Positions 37,260 through 46,641 of a stretch of 64,000 nucleotides of DNA are shown here, piece by piece (within the stretch, counting starts at the first letter, position 1; every line of letters begins with the position of its first letter). Location of the stretch: assembly GCA_044230475.1 (NCBI GenBank), contig JBGARA010000002.1, forward strand, positions 25,975 through 89,974, written 5' to 3'. Source of the stretch: Pyrinomonadaceae bacterium. Its GTDB lineage: Bacteria > Acidobacteriota > Blastocatellia > Pyrinomonadales > Pyrinomonadaceae. The notes beneath the pieces are model-generated. The model did not search any database. It was not told the origin of the DNA and saw only the letters and a list, made by a program, of their open reading frames with translations. The position numbers and the translations under genes were made by a program.

Positions 37260-37982
37260 ATGGCAAAGACATCAATCAATATTTTTCTTATCTGCGACCT
37301 ATCGATATTCAGGACCGCTCTGCGAATGCTGATCGAAGCTGAAAGCCGGTTTCAGGTGGTAGGTGAGGCTACGGATGCAAATACCGCGGTCGAACGGATA
37401 GCTAGCCTCCGCCCCGATATTATTCTTGTCGATATTTCGGATGTTGACGACAAGTCGTTGCTGCCATTGACGACACCTGAGATCGCAAAGATACCGGTTC
37501 TTGTGCTTACCAGAAAAGACCAAGTCGAGTTTTATCAACAGTGTTTGAAATTGGGCATCAAGGGATTGGTAGCCAAGCAAAACGGGGCAGATGTCCTGTA
37601 CAAGGCTATCGAGAAAGTTTGCGAGGGCGAATTCTGGTTTGACAGGTCAGTGATGGGCGCGACCATCCGACATATGTTGAACGAGAAGCAGTCCTTTATC
37701 GACAATCCGGCGGCACAAAAAGCGAACGGTATGACCGAACGCGAAAGAGAAGTTGTCGAGCTTATTTGTCGCGGCATGAAGAATAAGAACATCGCCGAAA
37801 AGCTCTTTATTGCAGAAACAACGGTCAGGCATCATCTGACTTCGGTATTTAACAAGCTTGAGGTTGCCAGCCGGCTGGAGCTTGTTATTTATGCCTTCAA
37901 AAATCAGCTGGTTAAGATCCCAAATCAGCAGAAAGCCTATGAGGAAAACGGCGACGATGGAAAGGAGCTAAATTACGTCTAA
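37260..37982 (+). CDS. LuxR/NarL-family response regulator
   Basis: 240 aa. Receiver IFLICDLSIF...PDIILVDISD...VLVLTRKD...GLVAKQ (acceptor Asp, Thr and Lys present, first acidic pair is CD). HTH MTEREREVVELICRGMKNKNIAEKLFIAETTVRHHLTSVFNKLEV. Its C-terminus is paralogous to the 35222..35974 protein (RLELVIYAFKNQL vs RLNLVIYAFEKGL). Confidence 0.85.
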   Translation: MAKTSINIFLICDLSIFRTALRMLIEAESRFQVVGEATDANTAVERIASLRPDIILVDISDVDDKSLLPLTTPEIAKIPVLVLTRKDQVEFYQQCLKLGIKGLVAKQNGADVLYKAIEKVCEGEFWFDRSVMGATIRHMLNEKQSFIDNPAAQKANGMTEREREVVELICRGMKNKNIAEKLFIAETTVRHHLTSVFNKLEVASRLELVIYAFKNQLVKIPNQQKAYEENGDDGKELNYV

Positions 37983-38150
37983 GGATCGCTGTTAAAAATG
38001 GAACAAGGAATAGATATGTGAACGTTTTAGTTAATTTGCCGCTCATGAATGTTGAGCAAACATTTCTAGACTGCCTGAGTTTTCAGGTTTCCCCTTTTTG
38101 TGGTTGTTATGTGCATTGAGAGGCGCAATAGTCCGACAGCGCAGCAAAAT

Positions 38151-38444
38151 ATGAACAAAGAAGAAAAAATAGAAAAGAAACGCCAGGAAAAAGAAAGGCG
38201 AAAAAAGAAAAAGAACGCTCTGGTTATTTGCCGGGATGGCAAAAACTACTGGACGACCCAGGCTCAGTTTTGGCAATGGGTTCGTGAAAATGTCGTCGTA
38301 AAGCTCGGCGACGGGCCGCTGCACGGAAAATTTGTGCAGGAAAACGAAGAATACAACGTTGTAATAAGTAATACAGTCTTAAACTTACGATGCCCAAATC
38401 ATCTAAGTGAGGCACTCGCGTCCAGACGGCGCGCTTTAATGTAA
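38151..38444 (+). CDS. small Lys/Glu-rich hypothetical protein, first gene of the polysaccharide operon
   Basis: ATG 38151 gives MNKEEKIEKKRQEKERRKKKKN followed by a Trp-rich globular part (YWTTQAQFWQWVRENV). The stop overlaps the next start as TAATG (38442-38446), suggesting translational coupling. Confidence 0.5.
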   Translation: MNKEEKIEKKRQEKERRKKKKNALVICRDGKNYWTTQAQFWQWVRENVVVKLGDGPLHGKFVQENEEYNVVISNTVLNLRCPNHLSEALASRRRALM

Positions 38445-39397
38445 TGCGAATTATTAATATAACAACTTCAAAAACAACGGTTCTGGTTATGATGGCGATG
38501 GTTTGCGCCGCAGCGGTAAGAGTATCTGCTCAGGACACAAACTACAGGATAGGCCCCGGCGATGTCATAGACGTCAATGTCAGTAACAACGCCCAGCTTT
38601 CGCGTACCGGTATTAGGGTCAATAATCAGGGGATGATCCAGTTGCCGATGATCAAGGAAGATATTCAGGCAGGATGTAAGACGGAACGTGAGCTGGCCGA
38701 GATCATCGAGGAAAAAGGTAAAAAGTTTCTTCTTAATCCTTATGTTATTGTTGCCGTCAAAGATTTCAATTCGAATCCCGTAGCCGTTATCGGAGCTGTG
38801 AATTCACCCGGCCGATTTCAACTGCAAAGGCCATTGAAACTGATCGACCTGCTGACTTGGGTAAACGGCCCGTCCGCAAAGGCAGGTACGACGTTAGAAA
38901 TATTAAGGAATCGCAGCCTGTCTTATTGCGACGGATCACAAATGATCACGCCAACCGGTGTCGGCGATGAACTGATCTCGTTCAATATCGACGATGCTTT
39001 TAAGGGTGGTGAAAACCCTTATGTAAGAGCCGGCGATATCATAAGGGTTCCTGATGCGGACATAAAAAGTGCTTTTGTGATCGGCAATGTTAAATCAACA
39101 ACAACTATCAACCTGAAAGAACCGGTTACGTTGTCTCAGGCGATCGCAATGGCAGGGGGGCCTTCGGCCGGCGCGCGGTTGGATAAGATAATTATCCGTC
39201 GCGAGATCAAGGGTTCTGTAAACCGAACGGAGATAGCCGCGAATCTGAAAGAGATAAATGCACGGAAGAGAGACGACATTCTGCTTCAGCCTAATGACAT
39301 TGTCGATGTCCCCGGACCCAAGCAGAATTTTTTGACAGATATGCGTGACAGGTTGCTGCCTGCGATATCAACCCTGCCACTTAGGGTAATTCCATAA
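38444..39397 (+). CDS. polysaccharide export protein (Wza/OPX family)
   Basis: 317 aa. Signal peptide. Poly_export motif YRIGPGDVIDVNV. Two SLBB-like segments (VAVIGAVNSPGRFQL, AFVIGNVKSTTTINL). Confidence 0.9.
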   Translation: MRIINITTSKTTVLVMMAMVCAAAVRVSAQDTNYRIGPGDVIDVNVSNNAQLSRTGIRVNNQGMIQLPMIKEDIQAGCKTERELAEIIEEKGKKFLLNPYVIVAVKDFNSNPVAVIGAVNSPGRFQLQRPLKLIDLLTWVNGPSAKAGTTLEILRNRSLSYCDGSQMITPTGVGDELISFNIDDAFKGGENPYVRAGDIIRVPDADIKSAFVIGNVKSTTTINLKEPVTLSQAIAMAGGPSAGARLDKIIIRREIKGSVNRTEIAANLKEINARKRDDILLQPNDIVDVPGPKQNFLTDMRDRLLPAISTLPLRVIP

Positions 39398-39425
39398 CAC
39401 GAGGCACGACCCTCGCGTTTTTTAT

Positions 39426-41867
39426 ATGGCTAACGACAAATCATTGATAAAGCCCGATCAGAGCTCGGCTCCTATTCAGCCTTACACGGTTGATTCCGAT
39501 CCGGGCTACGGTTACGAGTTTTATGCTCCTACAGCGGGAAATGAAGTCTCGCAAAAGAAGCAGTTGCTGCGGTTCTTTTCTATCCTCCGCAAGCACTGGC
39601 ATCTGATCGTAGGGACCGTCCTGGTCATCACTACGCTTGTGATCCTGTATGAGGCGCAGAGGCCAGATTTTTATGTAGCGGTTGCGAGGGTACAGGTGAA
39701 CAACGAAAACAATCCGGCCGCTACCGGATCCGTTATTCTGAATCCGGGCAATGACCCTGCGTATTTTACGACCCAGCTTAGGATCATGGAAGGCTCCGGT
39801 TTGCTGCGCAGAGTAGCAAAGGCCATCGACCTCGAACATAACGACAAATTTGCCCACCCGAATAAGGGGCAAAAGCTGAATGCGATACAGAATGTGCTGA
39901 AGATGTTCGGGTTATACGAGCCCGCACAGTCCGAGATATCTGAGAGCGACACCCAACCCAATCTTTTAGAATTGACGCCGGAGGCCCTGACCGATCTGGA
40001 TAAGGAAGCTGAAAAACTCGCGCCGTTTGTAAATAAAATAAAAAAGGGCCTTTCGGTGATGCCGGTCAAAGATAACAGGACGGCGAATAAAGAAACTCGT
40101 CTGATCGAGGTCGGATTCACTCACGGAGACCCGGGCGTCGCTGCAAAGATCGCGAATGCGATCGCTGATACATATGTACTGCAAAATCTCGAACGCAAGG
40201 TCGAGACAAATGCTACGGCGAGCGAATTTCTGCAAAAACGCGTCGCCGAATTGCAGTCTCAAATTCGTGAGAGCGAAGAGCGGCTGATAAATTACGCAAG
40301 AGACAATCAGATAATTTCGCTCGATGCCAGTCAAAATACCGTTGTCCAGCGTTTGGGCGACCTCAATACCAAACTCGGCATCGCAGAGAATGAACTTATA
40401 TCTGCCGAAGCCGCACTGCGGGCCGCGAACGAAAATCCGATGTCAGGAGCGGCGGCCGAGAATAACGACCCGCGAACAGCGGGACTTCAGTCGCAGTTGA
40501 CAACACTCAAACAACAGCTTGCACAGCTAAAGACCGAATATACCGATGAATGGCCAGAAGTCCAGAAACTGCAAAAACAAATAGCCCTGATCGAAAATGA
40601 ACTCAAGTCAAATAAAAAGAGGGCGCAGGACACCAAGGCATCACAACTGCAACAAGCTTATAGAGAAGCGTCTGTAAAAGTTCGTGATCTGAGGGCCGAT
40701 TTTGAGCGGCAAAAAGGTGCGGTGCTGGCTCAAAATCAGGCGGCGATCAACTATCGAATTATCCAGCAAGAGATCGACACCAACAGGGCACTGCTTACCG
40801 ACCTGCTTCAAAAATCGAAGGAGACCGAGGTCATCCTGAACGGCACGCCAAACAATGTTCTGGTTGCTGATCGAGCACTTGCGCCGCGAGGCCCCGCAGG
40901 GCCGCAAAGGACAAAAGAGGTAATGATCGCTTTCGTCGTGTCGATATTCTTAGGCATAGGCCTGGCATTTTTGGTGAACTGGCTCGATGACACGATTCGC
41001 GTCTTTGATGACGTTGAGGCAAAACTTGGCACACCTGTCATCGGCATGATCCCCGGAATCCATCAGGGGATGGTGAAGCGTCTGATGTCGCCGCGCCGCC
41101 AGTTGAACGGCAATAGCGACGGCGGGCGCGGTTCGGCGATCGTCCCAAATGATTTCGACCAGCCTCTTGTCCGCGAGGCTTTTAACCAAGTTCGGACTTC
41201 GCTGCTGCTCTCGACCAGCGGTTCAGGCCCGAAAACGATACTTGTCACCTCGGGGCAACCCTCGGAGGGAAAGACGCTGACCTCGCTTAATCTCGCAAAA
41301 TGTCTAGCGGAGATGGGCGGAAAGGTTTTGCTCATCGATGCCGATCTTCGCTGCCCGAAAATGCACCTGATCAACGGTTTTGATAATTCAAAGGGCCTCG
41401 GCGACCTACTGACCATGAACGGCTCGGCGATAGATAACATCGACAGCATGATCATCGAAGACATTGCAAGTAATCTCGATCTGATGACCTCGGGACGGGC
41501 AATTCCAAGCCCTGCGACTCTGTTCAGCATGGGCAAGATGCGCGACATAATCGAGAAACTAGGCGAAACCTATAAATATATAGTCATCGATTCCCCGCCG
41601 GCACTTTATTTTGCCGACAGTGTTTTGCTTGCCGCCGATGTCGATTCGGTGCTGCTCGTGGGGCGTGTTAATTTCAGCTCGTCGGAGATATTGTCCTTGG
41701 CAAAGAAAAAGTTGATGGATGTAAATGCGAATATTGTCGGCATTGTGCTGAACGACATTCCCATCAGCGGATATCAGTATTACGACAGCGAGTATTACAG
41801 CAGCGACGATACCGAGGCAAAGAATACGAACGGAAGCGACGGCGGAACAATTTTGCATCTCGAGTAA
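39426..41867 (+). CDS. polysaccharide biosynthesis tyrosine autokinase (Wzc/PCP-2a family)
   Basis: 813 aa. Wzz-type N-terminus with two TM helices flanking a long coiled-coil periplasmic region. Kinase Walker A SGQPSEGKT, A-prime LLIDADLRCP, Walker B YIVIDSPP. Tyr-rich tail GYQYYDSEYYSSDD. Confidence 0.9.
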   Translation: MANDKSLIKPDQSSAPIQPYTVDSDPGYGYEFYAPTAGNEVSQKKQLLRFFSILRKHWHLIVGTVLVITTLVILYEAQRPDFYVAVARVQVNNENNPAATGSVILNPGNDPAYFTTQLRIMEGSGLLRRVAKAIDLEHNDKFAHPNKGQKLNAIQNVLKMFGLYEPAQSEISESDTQPNLLELTPEALTDLDKEAEKLAPFVNKIKKGLSVMPVKDNRTANKETRLIEVGFTHGDPGVAAKIANAIADTYVLQNLERKVETNATASEFLQKRVAELQSQIRESEERLINYARDNQIISLDASQNTVVQRLGDLNTKLGIAENELISAEAALRAANENPMSGAAAENNDPRTAGLQSQLTTLKQQLAQLKTEYTDEWPEVQKLQKQIALIENELKSNKKRAQDTKASQLQQAYREASVKVRDLRADFERQKGAVLAQNQAAINYRIIQQEIDTNRALLTDLLQKSKETEVILNGTPNNVLVADRALAPRGPAGPQRTKEVMIAFVVSIFLGIGLAFLVNWLDDTIRVFDDVEAKLGTPVIGMIPGIHQGMVKRLMSPRRQLNGNSDGGRGSAIVPNDFDQPLVREAFNQVRTSLLLSTSGSGPKTILVTSGQPSEGKTLTSLNLAKCLAEMGGKVLLIDADLRCPKMHLINGFDNSKGLGDLLTMNGSAIDNIDSMIIEDIASNLDLMTSGRAIPSPATLFSMGKMRDIIEKLGETYKYIVIDSPPALYFADSVLLAADVDSVLLVGRVNFSSSEILSLAKKKLMDVNANIVGIVLNDIPISGYQYYDSEYYSSDDTEAKNTNGSDGGTILHLE

Positions 41868-41905
41868 TCCTGATCAAGAACGGGAATTGTACGGTCCTCC
41901 ACAAA

Positions 41906-42991
41906 ATGACAGATCAAACATTTCGTAATGAATGCATGAGCAAGGTCGGGACTCCTTTTTCGGAAGGCAGGTGTCTGATCGTAGGAGAAGTTGCCCAGTC
42001 GCACGACGGCAGCCTTGGCATGGCTCATGCTTTTATTGATGCTATCGCCGATGCCGGCGCAGATGCGGTAAAGTTCCAAACTCATATCGCGGCCGAGGAA
42101 AGTACACCAAGTGAACCGTGGCGAATAAAATTTAGCCCTCAGGACGAGACTCGTTACGAATATTGGAAACGGATGGAGTTTACCAAGGCGCAGTGGCTCG
42201 GGTTGAAAGAACATGCCGATCAACGCGGCCTTCTTTTTATGAGCTCGGCCTTTTCTGATGCAGCCGTTGAACTCCTATCAGAGATCGGGATGAGGGTTTG
42301 GAAGATAGCGTCCGGCGAGATCGGAAGTCTTCAACTACTTCGGCGGATCGCTGGAACAGGCGACCCGATAATACTTTCTTCTGGAATGAGCGACTGGACG
42401 GAGCTTGACGCTGCGGTCGAGGTCGTTCGTGATAATGGCAATCCGCTTGCCGTACTGCAATGTACCACCTCATATCCTTGCCCGCCGGAATCAGTTGGTC
42501 TCAACATGCTCGAGGTGTTGCGGGAAAGGTACCAGGTTCCAGTCGGATTGTCCGATCACACCGGAAGTATTTTTGCAGGCCTGGCGGCCGTGACGTTGGG
42601 TGCAGAAGTACTTGAGATACACGTTGCGATGAGCAAGGAGATGTTTGGGCCGGATGTTAAGGCGTCGGTCACGACAAGCGAGCTGCGGCAACTGGTAGAC
42701 GGGACCCGGCAGATCGAAAGAATGATCGCGTCGCCGGTTGATAAGACTCAAATGGCCGGTGAAATGTCGCATTTGCGTTCGCTATTTACAAAAAGCGTCG
42801 TCGCGGGTGTCGATATTCGTGCCGGCACAGTTTTAGCCGAAGAACATCTAAAACTCAAAAAACCAGGAACCGGAATGCCTGCATCGCAGTTGCCCGATGT
42901 TTTAGGCAAAACCCTTAGCCGCGACTTAAAGATGGATGATCTGCTTCGATCGAGTGATCTGGTCGAAACAAAGAAAGGCGCCGGAGAATAA
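41906..42991 (+). CDS. neuB: N-acetylneuraminate (nonulosonate) synthase
   Basis: 361 aa. NeuB TIM-barrel start CLIVGEVAQSHDGSLGMAHAFIDAIADAGADAVKFQTH, LSDHTG, and a C-terminal SAF domain (IRAGTVLAEEHLKLKKPGTGMP). Confidence 0.9.
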   Translation: MTDQTFRNECMSKVGTPFSEGRCLIVGEVAQSHDGSLGMAHAFIDAIADAGADAVKFQTHIAAEESTPSEPWRIKFSPQDETRYEYWKRMEFTKAQWLGLKEHADQRGLLFMSSAFSDAAVELLSEIGMRVWKIASGEIGSLQLLRRIAGTGDPIILSSGMSDWTELDAAVEVVRDNGNPLAVLQCTTSYPCPPESVGLNMLEVLRERYQVPVGLSDHTGSIFAGLAAVTLGAEVLEIHVAMSKEMFGPDVKASVTTSELRQLVDGTRQIERMIASPVDKTQMAGEMSHLRSLFTKSVVAGVDIRAGTVLAEEHLKLKKPGTGMPASQLPDVLGKTLSRDLKMDDLLRSSDLVETKKGAGE

Positions 42992-42996
42992 TATTG

Positions 42997-44151
42997 ATGC
43001 CACGAAAAATTTGCGTAGTAGTAACTGCCAGGCCAAGCTATAGCCGTGTGAAAACGGTGCTGCGGGCGATAGACGAGCACCCTGATCTCGAACTGCAGCT
43101 TGTCGTGGCGGCGTCTGCCCTGCTTGATAGATACGGTACAGCGGTTAACTTTATCGAGAAGGACGGTTTTTCGATAGACGCTCGCGTCTACATGGTTTTG
43201 GAAGGCGAAAATCCGGCTTCGATGGCAAAAACGACAGGCCTGGGAATTCTTGAGCTTGCAACGGTTTTCGATAATCTCAAACCCGATGTTGTAGTGACTG
43301 TCGCAGATCGATTTGAGACACTCGCGACTGCGGTTGCTGCCTCATACATGAACATTCCGGTCGCACACATTCAGGGCGGCGAAATCACCGGGTCGATCGA
43401 TGAAAAAGTTCGCCACTCAGTCACGAAACTTGCCGACCTGCATCTGGTTGCAACCCCTCTTGCCGGAAAGCGCGTTGAAAGAATGGGCGAAGACAGTGGC
43501 AAGATACACGTCACAGGTTGTCCCTCGATAGATATTGCCACGGAAATTCTTGATGATCCGTCACTAAATTTCAATCCATTCGAACGCTATGGCGGTGTCG
43601 GCATCCTGAACGAACTTGCCAACGGATATCTTGTCGTTATGCAGCATCCGGTAACGACTGAACATGAACAAGCGCGCCAGCACGTAATGGAAACACTCGA
43701 AGCCGTTTACGAGATCAACATGCCAACTCTTTGGTTTTGGCCGAACGTTGACGCAGGTTCTGACGGTACGTCGAATGGCATACGTTCTTTTAGGGAACGC
43801 AAGAACCCGGAGAATATTCACTTCTTCAAGAGCATGTCGCCGACAGATTTTTTGCGGCTTCTCTACAACTGCAAATGCCTGATCGGAAATTCGAGTGTCG
43901 GCATTCGTGAATGTTCCTATCTCGGTGTGCCGGTAGTGAACATTGGCACACGTCAGGTCGGACGAGAGAGGGGCAGCAATGTTATCGACGTCGGTTATGA
44001 AAAGGAGGCGATCCTTGCCGCTGCGCGTCAGCAAATAGCCAACGGACGACATGACGGAGACAAACTTTACGGCGATGGCAAAGCCGGTGAAAAGATCGCA
44101 CAGGTTTTAGCTGATGCGAAACTGAGCATCGAAAAGATGCTCACTTATTAA
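42997..44151 (+). CDS. neuC: UDP-N-acetylglucosamine 2-epimerase (hydrolysing)
   Basis: About 384 aa from ATG 42997 (the track uses TTG 42994). ICVVVTARPSY, DVVVTVADRFE, VAHIQGGEITGSIDEKVRHSVTKLADLH, typical of NeuC-type hydrolysing epimerases. Confidence 0.9.
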   Translation: MPRKICVVVTARPSYSRVKTVLRAIDEHPDLELQLVVAASALLDRYGTAVNFIEKDGFSIDARVYMVLEGENPASMAKTTGLGILELATVFDNLKPDVVVTVADRFETLATAVAASYMNIPVAHIQGGEITGSIDEKVRHSVTKLADLHLVATPLAGKRVERMGEDSGKIHVTGCPSIDIATEILDDPSLNFNPFERYGGVGILNELANGYLVVMQHPVTTEHEQARQHVMETLEAVYEINMPTLWFWPNVDAGSDGTSNGIRSFRERKNPENIHFFKSMSPTDFLRLLYNCKCLIGNSSVGIRECSYLGVPVVNIGTRQVGRERGSNVIDVGYEKEAILAAARQQIANGRHDGDKLYGDGKAGEKIAQVLADAKLSIEKMLTY

Positions 44152-44873
44152 TGAAAGTATTAGGCATAATCCCGGCACGCGGCGGATCAAAGGGCGTTCA
44201 TCGAAAGAACATTAGGCCGCTTTGCGGCAAGCCGTTGCTTGCTTACACGGCTGATGCTGCGTTGGCATCTGTCAGATTAGCAAGAACAATATTGTCGACC
44301 GACGACGAAGAGATCGCCGACATTGGCAGATCGCTCGGTCTTGACGTTCCGTTCATCCGGCCAGTCGAACTTGCCGAAGATGCAACCGCGACATTTCCAG
44401 TGATACTTCACGCAGTAGCCAAACTAGAATCACAAGGCGAGCGTTACGAAGCGATCTGTTTGTTGCAGCCAACTAACCCGCTCAGAAGCGCTGAGGATAT
44501 CGATAATTGTATAGAAATACTGGAAACGTCAGGGGCAGATTCAGTAATCAGCATTCTGCCCGTGCCGCACGTTTACAATCCAAAGTGGGTCTATTGGCGT
44601 TCACCAAATGGTGAAATGACATTGTCGAGCGGCGACACAGAACCCGTTACAAGACGACAGGATCTACCGCCAGCCTTTCACCGTGAAGGTTCTGTTTATG
44701 TCACAAAGCGTACCGTGCTGTCTGAATTTGGCAATCTTTATGGCCGAAACGTTCGTGGTTACGAGATGGACGAAGCTAATTCGATCAACATCGATACTCA
44801 AGACGATTGGGAACGGGCCGAAGGAATGATCAAAAACCGATCAATGCAATCAGGGGCGACGCGAGCGGTTTAA
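44151..44873 (+). CDS. neuA: acylneuraminate cytidylyltransferase (CMP-nonulosonate synthetase)
   Basis: 240 aa. GIIPARGGSKGVHRKNIRPLCGKPLLAYT and LLQPTNPLR motifs of CMP-NeuAc/CMP-Kdo-type cytidylyltransferases. The start overlaps the neuC stop. Confidence 0.9.
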   Translation: MKVLGIIPARGGSKGVHRKNIRPLCGKPLLAYTADAALASVRLARTILSTDDEEIADIGRSLGLDVPFIRPVELAEDATATFPVILHAVAKLESQGERYEAICLLQPTNPLRSAEDIDNCIEILETSGADSVISILPVPHVYNPKWVYWRSPNGEMTLSSGDTEPVTRRQDLPPAFHREGSVYVTKRTVLSEFGNLYGRNVRGYEMDEANSINIDTQDDWERAEGMIKNRSMQSGATRAV

Positions 44874-44876
44874 TAT

Positions 44877-46637
44877 ATGTGCGGAATATCCGGAATAATT
44901 GGAAGATCGTGGAGCGAGCACGACCTATCAGCAATGGTAGCTTCGCAGCGGCATCGCGGGCCCGATGGTGAAGGCATGTATATTTCTCCGGATCGTATTG
45001 CGGGCCTCGGACAGAATCGTTTGGCGATAATCGACTTGTCTGAAGCAGCGAACCAGCCAATGTTTAGCACAGATGGAAATCTCGTCGTCGTTCTTAATGG
45101 TGAGATCTACAATTACCTTGAACTAAGGAGAGAGCTTGAAAGCGAATACACTTTTCGGACGCAATCCGACACCGAAGTTTTGCTGGCTGCATATCAAAAA
45201 TGGGGACGTGATTGTCTGGATAAGCTGATAGGAATGTTCGCATTCATCATTTGGGATGTGAATAAGAAAACGGCGTTCGCGGCACGCGATCGTTTTGGTG
45301 TAAAGCCGCTGAACTTTCATATTAGAAGTGACGGTACATTGGTGATCGCCAGCGAGATCAAAGCATTTCATGCGGCCGGTATTTCACTTGTTCCCGATGA
45401 GGTAACCTGGGCTACTTATCTTGCAAACGGTCAGTATGATCACTCGGAGCGGACGTTCTGGAAAAATATCAGAGCTTTACCTGCGGGGCATTTTTTGGAA
45501 TGGAGCGATAACAAAACCACCATCACGCGTTGGTACGACATCGCCGAGCGCGTAGGCAGTGTGTTTGATACGCGTGCCGAAAGCGAAGTTGCCGAGGAGT
45601 ATCTCGAATTGATGAAAGAGAGCGTCAAGTTTCGCTTTCGTTCTGATGTTCCGGTTGGCATTAATCTCAGCGGTGGTCTAGATTCATCGACGCTTTTAGG
45701 TTTGGTTCATGCGGTTCAGGGTAAGGACAGCGATGTAAAGGTTTTCACTTTTGCGACCGGCGATGAAAACTATGACGAGTTGCCGTGGGTCGAGAGCATG
45801 ATCGCGAAAACACAGCACGAATTGGTTGTGTGTAAACTCGCACCGGATGAGGTACCTGTTCTGGCTCACGAGATCCAAGGCAGTCAGGACGAACCTTTTG
45901 GCGGTATGCCTACGATCGCCTATTCAAATGTTTTTAAACAAGCTAAAGAAAACGGCGTGACCGTTTTGCTTGACGGAAACGGCATGGACGAACAGTGGGC
46001 GGGTTACGACTACTATCTTCCGACAACAAACGGACACAAACCCAGCTTGATCCAGGGGACAAAAGAATCGCCGGTCAAACCGGACTGCCTGATGCGGGAA
46101 TTTTCTGCGTTATCGGAGCCGGCCGATTTTCCTTCGGTTTTTGCCGACAGTGTCAGAAATCTTCAGTACCGCGATACAAGATATACGAAGATACCAAAAG
46201 TGCTGCGATTCAACGACCGCGTCTCTATGAAATATTCGACGGAACTGCGCGAACCGTTTCTGGATCATCGGTTGTTTGAGTTGGCTTTTCGCCAACCTGT
46301 CGAACGCAAGATCAAAAATGGAACGCGAAAAGTGATGCTGCGAAAGATCGCGAACGGATTGATCCCGGACAGCCTGACAGAAGCTCCGAAACGGCCGCTG
46401 CAAACCCCGCAGCGCGAATGGTTGCGGCACGAGCTAAAAGATTGGGCCGATCAGACGATCGACGCGGCGCTCGATGGTTTTGCAGGCAACTGGCTCGATC
46501 GCGATGCGGTGAAAAAGACCTGGTCGGATTTTTGCAGTGGAAAAAGTGATAACAGCTTTTATGTATGGCAATGGATCAGCATTGGTTTGATGGTTTCAAC
46601 ACACAAGCTGACGCCCATGGCCGCCGTTCGAGCCTGA
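44877..46637 (+). CDS. asnB: asparagine synthase (glutamine-hydrolysing) family amidotransferase
   Basis: 586 aa. MCGISGIIG N-terminus, RGPDG, NGEIYNY, PP-loop VGINLSGGLDSS. Confidence 0.9.
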   Translation: MCGISGIIGRSWSEHDLSAMVASQRHRGPDGEGMYISPDRIAGLGQNRLAIIDLSEAANQPMFSTDGNLVVVLNGEIYNYLELRRELESEYTFRTQSDTEVLLAAYQKWGRDCLDKLIGMFAFIIWDVNKKTAFAARDRFGVKPLNFHIRSDGTLVIASEIKAFHAAGISLVPDEVTWATYLANGQYDHSERTFWKNIRALPAGHFLEWSDNKTTITRWYDIAERVGSVFDTRAESEVAEEYLELMKESVKFRFRSDVPVGINLSGGLDSSTLLGLVHAVQGKDSDVKVFTFATGDENYDELPWVESMIAKTQHELVVCKLAPDEVPVLAHEIQGSQDEPFGGMPTIAYSNVFKQAKENGVTVLLDGNGMDEQWAGYDYYLPTTNGHKPSLIQGTKESPVKPDCLMREFSALSEPADFPSVFADSVRNLQYRDTRYTKIPKVLRFNDRVSMKYSTELREPFLDHRLFELAFRQPVERKIKNGTRKVMLRKIANGLIPDSLTEAPKRPLQTPQREWLRHELKDWADQTIDAALDGFAGNWLDRDAVKKTWSDFCSGKSDNSFYVWQWISIGLMVSTHKLTPMAAVRA

Positions 46638-46641
46638 ACAT

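Noticed and set aside
38043-38324. Minus-strand ORF with poly-Phe/Leu product
   Set aside because: It is the antisense reading of the Lys/Glu-rich leader protein's A-rich coding sequence.
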